DNA from: Chiloscyllium plagiosum
Lineage: Eukaryota
Length of the DNA stretch: 64,000 bases
Direction: 5' to 3'
NCBI RefSeq assembly: GCF_004010195.1
Contig: NC_057717.1
Location: forward strand, 40,788,984-40,852,983
The notes below the pieces were generated by a model. The model made no database searches, was not told the origin of the DNA, and was given only the letters and a program-made list of their open reading frames with translations. Shown here one piece after another: positions 41,836 to 49,685 of the stretch. The translations under genes and the position numbers were made by a program. Within the stretch, counting starts at the first letter, position 1; each line of letters begins with the position of its first letter.

Positions 41836-41906
41836 AGTATTTGACACAATGTGTCTCACAGTGATATAACTGGAGTGGCACTGCAATTATGACCAATACA
41901 AAAAGC
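41836..41906 (+). other. IGHD: DH segment ATATAACTGGAGTGG (41864-41878) flanked by 12/12 RSSs (D2 type)
   Basis: AGTATTTGA-12-CACAGTG [D] CACTGCA-12-ACAAAAAGC. Confidence 0.88.
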
Positions 41907-42263
41907 TATCAGCCTCCATTGTGTGAAACTAGTCAGTGATTAGTTCTATAAACCGTCTTAACTTGCAGTGCACAATTAGTTCTGTGGTGTTTTATGCTAG
42001 TATCACTATTTAATTTGTACAAATTGCGATAATTATTGATACACCAGTTGGGAATTTTGAGAATCATCTCGTGTTACTCTGTGAAGTTTAACACAATATA
42101 TAAATTTATCAAGAATGATCAGAATTCACTAGCGAAATTATGCGATGAAGATTTAACGTGACTTTATTTTGCCTGTGTTTCTGAAAAATTAAAATAATGG
42201 TAGATTTTTGTTCTATGCAGAGCTAGTTATTATGTGACCCAGTACAGAGAACTTAACAGTGTG

Positions 42264-42311
42264 ACGATCTTGGTTACTGGGGCCAAGGGACCGTGGTGAC
42301 TGTGACTTCAG
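42264..42311 (+). other. IGHJ: JH segment
   Basis: DLGYWGQGTVVTVTS plus G|GTAAG; heptamer CAGTGTG at 42257-42263; nonamer degenerate at ~42225-42235. Confidence 0.95.
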
Positions 42312-42834
42312 GTAAGACCCTAGAACTTTCTTTGTGACTTTTTAAAAACTTTCTATTCATGTAACTAATTTCTGACTGAAATGAAACGCAGATTCTTTGC
42401 TGAATTTGGTTTGGTTCGGATTGAGTTTTGTTCACACTGATTTTTGACTTTCAGTTAAGGCGCAACAAATAGTTAAAATGTTGATGATGGAGTCAGTTGC
42501 TCGGTGTATCTTTTATTGATCAGATGGGCATTCTGTATGGCTGGGTAACTTGAAACACCTAATGTCTCTTAATCAGTCAGGTGTAAATAATGTATAGTAT
42601 CAGTGACACCCTGACTGTGAGTTTTATTATCAACAACAAATGTTAAGAATTTAAAGATGTTCGAAATATTGCCAAACATGATTAAAATATGCTAAAATAT
42701 CATTATTCATTTCTTGAATATATTCCCGTATACATAATGTTCTTACCACGATTATATTTTCTCATTTATTTCGTTAATATTGTTGATGACAGGCAGGATA
42801 GAAACTGTCATAAAGTTTTTCTGCGGTGCTATAT

Positions 42835-43045
42835 TTCATTCTGTTGATGAGATTCTGAGTTTGTTTTACTTGATTCTGTTGAACTGTGTTGATCGGATTC
42901 TGACTTTGTTTTTACTTGGTTTTGTTGAATTGCGTTGATTGGCTTTTGAAATTGTTTTATTTGATTATTGAATTGCTTGGATTCTGATTATGTTTCATTT
43001 AAAGCTGTTGAATTGAGTTGATTAGATTCTTATTCAGTTTGTGGA
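42835..43045. repeat. Degenerate T-rich ~45-bp tandem repeat
   Basis: TTGTTTTA(C/T)TTG..T..TGAA at ~42861, ~42906, ~42952. Confidence 0.6.
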
Positions 43046-43429
43046 ATTGATCTGCGTTTTCATGCTTTCTGTAATCGGTGTTTTCTTTCTGGTGAAGAGA
43101 TTGACTCTCTGGATCACTTTTCATTACCAATATTTGTGAACTTCTTTGTTTTTCATAAATCATTTCTGCATATGTTAAACTCATATGACAGTTTTCTCTG
43201 CTTGATTGGAAACATTATATCCGTTTGTAACGGTCTGAATACCAACTTAAGGCAGAAACGCGGAAGTGTGAAAAATTTTTTAAAAAACGAGTTTTAATGC
43301 ATTGACTTTTCAAAAAAAGGTCTCAGTTTTAATTGTAAACTAACTAAATTTTGTTTTGAGTAGCGGTTGTGACCTGTTATTTATATTCAGTTTAATCATT
43401 AGTTTGCTTGATTCTGAGCAGTTTTGTTA

Positions 43430-43574
43430 GACTTCAATTTGGGATTGTTTTTGTGAAGTTACATCATGTTCTTGGTTGTGTTGAAAATGTATGCAGAGCT
43501 AGTTCTGCTGCCAACACATAGTGTTGTGATTTGATGATCTTTGCTCTGTTGAGAAGGGACTGTGCTGGGGTAAC
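43430..43574 (+). pseudogene. Probable relic second JH (duplicate of 42160-42306)
   Basis: Shared 15-mer TATGCAGAGCTAGTT; J-like core ATGATCTTTG..AAGGGACTGTGCTG. Confidence 0.5.
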
Positions 43575-44295
43575 ATTTAATTTGTTATATTTGGGAAACA
43601 GTTTCTGGTTTCTACTTTGTTTTTGCACTGTTAACATGGTTCGTGACAGTGAACCGCTGCAGGTTCCTCATTCAATGCAATCAGAATGCGATTTGAAATT
43701 TCATAAAGCCTAATATTAATTGAAAGGCAAATCGCAAAGAATTTGGAAATGAAGGAAAACCAGATACCTTCGGGTGCAATCTTTACTTAGAAGTAATAAT
43801 TAAGGATTAATCTAATCCACGCTTTACAATCCAAATTCAGAACTCAACTATCTAGTTAATTCACAAGGTCTGTCTTTAAAACAGTTTACAAGTCATAGAG
43901 AGATATAAATAGAATTTCAAAAGTATAATGTTCTATTAGTTCTTGCTCTTGAGCAAAAAAATGCCATGACTGTATTATAATTGATCAAGAAACACCTTTC
44001 CCTTCCACTGCATACTACATATAATTTCTCTGGCTGGAAAAGGTCATTGGCAAAGACCATTTGGAAATTCTGCTCGATTCGATGAAGAACAGATCAGTTT
44101 CACTGCTTTGATCGTTTTCACAAGGAACTTGAGTTAATTAATGTTATGTCCCTGATTAAACTGGATTCGCAGGATAAAAATAAAACATTAACTGAATTAT
44201 TCAATCTGCACACTGTTTTAGGTAGAACATAGAAGATAGAACAATACAGCACAGAACAGGCCCTTCGGCCCACGATGCTGTGCCGAACATTTGTC

Positions 44296-47244
44296 CTAGC
44301 TTAAGCACCCATCCATGTACCTATCCAATTGCCGCTTAAAGGTCACCAAAGATTCTGAATCGACCACTCCCACAGGCAGCGCTTTCCATGCCCCCACCAC
44401 TCTCTGGGTAAAGAACCAACCCCTGACATCTCCCCTATACCTTCCACCCTTCACCTTAAATTTATGTCCCCTTGTAACAATCTGTTGTACCCGGGGAAAA
44501 CGTTTCTGACTGTCTACTCCATCAATTCCTCTGATCATTTTATAAACCTCTACCAAGTCACTCCTCATCCTTCGCCGTTCCAATGAGAAAAGGCCTAGCA
44601 CTCTCAACCTATCCTCGTATGACCTCTTCTCCATTCCAGGCAACATCCTGGTAAATCTTCTCTGCACCCTCTCCAAAGCTTCCACATCTTTCCTCAAGTG
44701 AGGCGACCAGAACTGCACACAGTACTCCAAATGTGGCCTAACCAAAGTCCTGTACAGTTGCAACATCACTTCACGACTCTTGAATTCAATCCCTCTGCTA
44801 ATGAACGATAATACTCCATAGGCCTTCTTACAAACTCTATCCACCTGAGTGGCAACCTCCAAAGATCTATGTACATAGACCCCAAGATCCCTCTGTTCCT
44901 CAACCTCACTAAGAACCCTACCATTAACCCTGAATTCCGCATTCTTATTTGTTCTTCCAAAATGGACAACCTCACACTTGGCAGGATTGAACTCCATCTG
45001 CCACTCCTCAGCCCAGCTCTGCATCATATCTAAGTCCCTCTGCAGCCGACAACAGCCCTCCTCACTGTCCACAACTCCACCTATCTTCGTATCATCTGCA
45101 AATTTACTGACCCACCCTTCGACTCCCTCATCTAAGTCATTAATAAAAATTACAAACAGCAGAGGACCCAGAACTGATCCCTGCGGAACTCCACTTGTAA
45201 CTGGGCTCCAGGCTGAATATTTACCATCTACCACCACTCTCTGCCTTCGACCGGTTAGCCAGTTTTCTATCCAATTGGCCAAATCTCCCTCTATCCCATG
45301 CCTCCTGACCTTCCGCATAAGCCTACCATGGGGAACCTTATCAAATGCCTGACGAAAATCCATGTATACTGCTCTACCCTCATCCACATGCTTGGTCACC
45401 TCCTCGAAGAATTCAATAAGACTTGTAAGGCAAGACCTACCCTCCACAAATCCGTGCTGGCTGTCCCTAATCAAGCAGCGTCTTTCCAGAAACTCATAAA
45501 TCCTATCCCTCAGTACCCTTTCCATTACTTTACCTACCACCAAAGTAAGACTAACTGGCCTGTAATTCCCGAGGTTATCCCTATTCCCTTTTTTGAACAG
45601 AGGCACAACATTCGCTACTCTCCAGTCCCCTGGTACCACCCCCGTTGACAATGAANNNNNNNNNNNNNNNNNNNNNNNNNNNNNNNNNNNNNNNNNNNNN
45701 NNNNNNNNNNNNNNNNNNNNNNNNNNNNNNNNNNNNNNNNNNNNNNNNNNNNNNNNNNNNNNNNNNNNNNNNNNNNNNNNNNNNNNNNNNNNNNNNNNNN
45801 NNNNNNNNNNNNNNNNNNNNNNNNNNNNNNNNNNNNNNNNNNNNNNNNNNNNNNNNNNNNNNNNNNNNNNNNNNNNNNNNNNNNNNNNNNNNNNNNNNNN
45901 NNNNNNNNNNNNNNNNNNNNNNNNNNNNNNNNNNNNNNNNNNNNNNNNNNNNNNNNNNNNNNNNNNNNNNNNNNNNNNNNNNNNNNNNNNNNNNNNNNNN
46001 NNNNNNNNNNNNNNNNNNNNNNNNNNNNNNNNNNNNNNNNNNNNNNNNNNNNNNNNNNNNNNNNNNNNNNNNNNNNNNNNNNNNNNNNNNNNNNNNNNNN
46101 NNNNNNNNNNNNNNNNNNNNNNNNNNNNNNNNNNNNNNNNNNNNNNNNNNNNNNNNNNNNNNNNNNNNNNNNNNNNNNNNNNNNNNNNNNNNNNNNNNNN
46201 NNNNNNNNNNNNNNNNNNNNNNNNNNNNNNNNNNNNNNNNNNNNNNNNNNNNNNNNNNNNNNNNNNNNNNNNNNNNNNNNNNNNNNNNNNNNNNNNNNNN
46301 NNNNNNNNNNNNNNNNNNNNNNNNNNNNNNNNNNNNNNNNNNNNNNNNNNNNNNNNNNNNNNNNNNNNNNNNNNNNNNNNNNNNNNNNNNNNNNNNNNNN
46401 NNNNNNNNNNNNNNNNNNNNNNNNNNNNNNNNNNNNNNNNNNNNNNNNNNNNNNNNNNNNNNNNNNNNNNNNNNNNNNNNNNNNNNNNNNNNNNNNNNNN
46501 NNNNNNNNNNNNNNNNNNNNNNNNNNNNNNNNNNNNNNNNNNNNNNNNNNNNNNNNNNNNNNNNNNNNNNNNNNNNNNNNNNNNNNNNNNNNNNNNNNNN
46601 NNNNNNNNNNNNNNNNNNNNNNNNNNNNNNNNNNNNNNNTTACCCTTTCCCCAATTGTAAAACCTACCCTGTTGCATGCGCCTATCTCTCTCCATAACCA
46701 AGGTGAAAGTCACAGAATTGTGGTCACCATCACCAAAATGTTCATCCACTAACAAGCCCATCACTTGTCCCGGTTCGTTACCAAGTACCACATCCAATAT
46801 GGCCTCCCCTCTGGTTGGACAATCTACATACTGCGTTAGAAACGCTTCCTGGACACACTGCACAAACACCGCCCCATCCAATCTACTTGATCTACAGAGC
46901 TTCCAATCAATATTTGGGAAGTTGAAATCGCCCATTACTACTACCCTGTGGCTTCTGCACCTTTCCAAAATCTGTTTCTCCACATCTCTGCTGCTATTGG
47001 GGGGCCTATAGTAAACACCCAACAAGGTGACTGCACCTTTCCTATTTCTGACTTCAGCCCATACTATCGCTAAAGGCAGATCCCCCTCGAACTGCCTTTC
47101 TGCAGCTGTTATACCATTTCTAATTAGCAACGCCACCCCCCCTCCTTTTTTACCACTCTCCCTCATCCTACTGAAACATCTGTCACCAGGAACCTCCAAC
47201 AACCATTCCTGTCCCTCTTCTATCCACGTTTCCGTGATGGCCAC
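44296..47244 (-). CDS. CR1 ORF2, APE endonuclease plus reverse transcriptase (middle lies in the gap; true start slightly upstream)
   Basis: AITETW, GVYYRPP, MGDFNFP, GDHNSV; GVPQGSVLGP, FADDTK. Confidence 0.9.
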   Translation of the reverse strand: MAITETWIEEGQEWLLEVPGDRCFSRMRESGKKGGGVALLIRNGITAAERQFEGDLPLAIVWAEVRNRKGAVTLLGVYYRPPNSSRDVEKQILERCRSHRVVVMGDFNFPNIDWKLCRSSRLDGAVFVQCVQEAFLTQYVDCPTRGEAILDVVLGNEPGQVMGLLVDEHFGDGDHNSVTFTLVMERDRRMQQGRFYNWGKGXXXXXXXXXXXXXXXXXXXXXXXXXXXXXXXXXXXXXXXXXXXXXXXXXXXXXXXXXXXXXXXXXXXXXXXXXXXXXXXXXXXXXXXXXXXXXXXXXXXXXXXXXXXXXXXXXXXXXXXXXXXXXXXXXXXXXXXXXXXXXXXXXXXXXXXXXXXXXXXXXXXXXXXXXXXXXXXXXXXXXXXXXXXXXXXXXXXXXXXXXXXXXXXXXXXXXXXXXXXXXXXXXXXXXXXXXXXXXXXXXXXXXXXXXXXXXXXXXXXXXXXXXXXXXXXXXXXXXXXXXXXXXXXXXXXXXXXXXXXXXXXXXXXXXXXXXXXXXXXXXXXXXXXXXSLSTGVVPGDWRVANVVPLFKKGNRDNLGNYRPVSLTLVVGKVMERVLRDRIYEFLERRCLIRDSQHGFVEGRSCLTSLIEFFEEVTKHVDEGRAVYMDFRQAFDKVPHGRLMRKVRRHGIEGDLANWIENWLTGRRQRVVVDGKYSAWSPVTSGVPQGSVLGPLLFVIFINDLDEGVEGWVSKFADDTKIGGVVDSEEGCCRLQRDLDMMQSWAEEWQMEFNPAKCEVVHFGRTNKNAEFRVNGRVLSEVEEQRDLGVYVHRSLEVATQVDRVCKKAYGVLSFISRGIEFKSREVMLQLYRTLVRPHLEYCVQFWSPHLRKDVEALERVQRRFTRMLPGMEKRSYEDRLRVLGLFSLERRRMRSDLVEVYKMIRGIDGVDSQKRFPRVQQIVTRGHKFKVKGGRYRGDVRGWFFTQRVVGAWKALPVGVVDSESLVTFKRQLDRYMDGCLS
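45656..46639. other. Assembly gap, 984 N
   Basis: Run of N. Confidence 1.
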
Positions 47245-47412
47245 AACATCGTAGTCCCAGGTAACTATCCACGCCTTAAGTTCACCGACCTCATTTCTGA
47301 TACTCCTTGCGTTGAAGTATACGCACTTGAACCCATCTGTGTCCGCAAGTATTCCCTGTCAGTTCTACCTTCTTCACAGCCTCCCCACACACTTGGACAT
47401 CCTGACAAACAG

Positions 47413-48392
47413 CTAGCCTACTTGCTGGACTACAAGTCCGGATCCCATCCCCCTGCCAAATTTGTTTAAACCACCCGGAAGATAGCTAGCAAACCTACCC
47501 CCCAGAATATTGGTGCCCTTCTGGTTCAGGTGCAACCCGTCCTGCTTGTACAGGTCCCAACTTTCCCAGAATGCAGTCCAATTGTCCAAATACCTGAAGC
47601 CCTCCCTCCTACACCATCCATGCAGCCACGTGTTCAACTGCACTCTCTCCCTATTCCTTGCCTCACTGTCACGTGGCACCGGCAACAACCCAGAGATGAC
47701 GACTCTGTCTGTCCTAGCTTTCAGCTTCCAGCCTAACTCCCTGAGCTCTTGAATGACCTCCCCACCTCTCTTCCTACCTATGTCGTTGGTGCCAACGTGT
47801 ACCACGACTTCTGGCTGCACACCCTCCCCCTTAAGGATTCTGAAGACACAGTCCGAGACGTCTCGGACCCTGGCACCCGGGAGGCAACAAACCATCCGAG
47901 AGTCTCGCCCATGCCCACAGAATCGCCTATCCATCCCTCTAACTAGAGAGAGTCTCCTATCACTAGCGCTCTCCTCCTCTCCCCCTTTCCCTTCTGAGTC
48001 TCAGAGCCAGACCTCACGCCACAGACCCGGTCACTGCAGCTTACCCCTGCTCGGCTGTCCCCCCCACCAGTGTCCAAAGCGGTATACCTATTGTTTAGGG
48101 GAATGACTACAGGGGATCCCTGCAGTGCCTGCTTCCTCCCCTTGCCACCTCTAACTGTTACCCACCTGCCTCTGTTCTCTGGCGTAACTATGTCCCTGTA
48201 GCTTCTTTCTATCACCTTCTCAGCCTCTCGAATAATCCTCAGTTCATCCAACTCCAGTTCCAGTTCCCTAACTCGTTCTGTGAGGAGCAGAATCTGACTG
48301 CATTTCCTGCAGATGAAGTCGGCAGGAGTATCAGTGGTCACCCTTACCTCAAACATCCGGCAGGAGGAACATTCCACTGCCTGCGCTGCCAT
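47413..48392 (-). pseudogene. CR1 ORF1 (CxxC..CxxC, coiled coil, SGNH/GDSL esterase), frameshifted at ~47945
   Basis: MAAQAVECSSC..ICRKC; LVIGDSL* then, in another frame, HVGTND and DGLHLN. Confidence 0.88.
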
Positions 48393-48533
48393 TACTCTAC
48401 ACTTCGTCTCCAAAGCAAGAATACTGAGTAGCTTACCTGTGAACTTTAAAGTTAGGTTAGAGGAGCAGGATGGGAGGGAGGCCCTACTATGTAGGGCCAG
48501 GGGTCTAGAACACACCCACTCAAATATCAATCA

Positions 48534-49418
48534 CTCTGCGCTCCAATCTCACTTCCGCCCAGCTCGCGCCGCTCTCTGCTGAGAAAAGACCGTTGGCGTC
48601 GAGGTAAGTTCTTTATATATCACTTATCTTCCCGACCAGCTCTGCGCTCCAACCTCACTTCCGCCCAGCTCGCGCCGCTCTCTGCTGAGAAAAGACCGTT
48701 GGCGTCGAGGTAAGTTCTTTATATATCACTTATCTTCCCGACCAGCTCTGCGCTCCAACCTCACTTCCGCCCAGCTCGCGCCGCTCTCTGCTGAGAAAAG
48801 ACCGTTGGCGTCGAGGTAAGTTCTTTATATATCACTTATCTTCCCGACCAGCTCTGCGCTCCAACCTCACTTCCGCCCAGCTCGCGCCGCTCTCTGCTGA
48901 GAAAAGACCGTTGGCGTCGAGGTAAGTTCTTTATATATCACTTATCTTCCCGACCAGCTCTGCGCTCCAACCTCACTTCCGCCCAGCTCGCGCCGCTCTC
49001 TGCTGAGAAAAGACCGTTGGCGTCGAGGTAAGTTCTTTATATATCACTTATCTTCCCGACCAGCTCTGCGCTCCAACCTCACTTCCGCCCAGCTCGCGCC
49101 GCTCTCTGCTGAGAAAAGACCGTTGGCGTCGAGGTAAGTTCTTTATATATCACTTACCTTCCCGACCAGCTCTGCGCTCCAACCTCACTTTCGCGCCACT
49201 CTCTGCTGAGAAAAGACCATTGGAGTCGAGGCAAGTTCTTTATATATCACTTACCTTCCCGACCAGCTCTGCGCTCCAACCTCACTTTCGCGCCGCTCTC
49301 TGCTGAGAAAAGACCATTGGAGTCGAGGCAAGTTCTTTATATATCACTTACCTTCCCGACCAGCTCTGCGCTCCAACCTCACTTCCGCCCAGCTCGCGCC
49401 GCTCTCTGCTGAGAAAAG
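48534..49418. repeat. 106-bp tandem monomer array (~8.5 copies) forming the CR1 5' UTR
   Basis: Units start at 48534, 48640, 48746, 48852, 48958, 49064; 97-bp variants at 49170 and 49267; partial unit at 49364. Confidence 0.97.
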
Positions 49419-49586
49419 CTCAGCAGAGAGAACAGGTGTTCCCAATCTGTGCGTTTTAAATAAATAGTTACAGCTTACAACAAAATATCAACTGAAGAGC
49501 CATTCTTTCGGAAGCAACAGCTATAGTGAATTATGTGACCAAGGCCAAATTATGAAATAATTTAAATAATCCACTTATAAGCTCGC

Positions 49587-49685
49587 AGGGCATCATGGTG
49601 GCTCAGTGGTTAGTACTGCTGCCTCATTGCGCTAGGGTCTTAGGTTCGATTCCACCCTCGGGTGATTATCTGCGTGGAGTTTCCC
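49587..49685 (+). mobile_element. HE1-like SINE head fragment
   Basis: GGTGGCTCAGTGGTTAGTACTGCTGCCTC...GGTTCGATTCC (A and B boxes). Confidence 0.75.

Larger units (their letters stand above)
44221..49418 (-). mobile_element. Young, apparently full-length CR1 LINE in the J-Cmu intron (5' UTR monomers, ORF1, ORF2, tail)
   Basis: ORF2 open in all sequenced parts; ORF1 with Zn-knuckle/coiled coil plus esterase; TTCTA tail. Confidence 0.95.

Noticed and set aside
48534-49418. CRISPR-like array
   Set aside because: No unique spacers, eukaryotic context, contiguous with CR1 ORF1
49587-49660. tRNA genes at SINE heads
   Set aside because: The A/B boxes continue into SINE body; no complete cloverleaf
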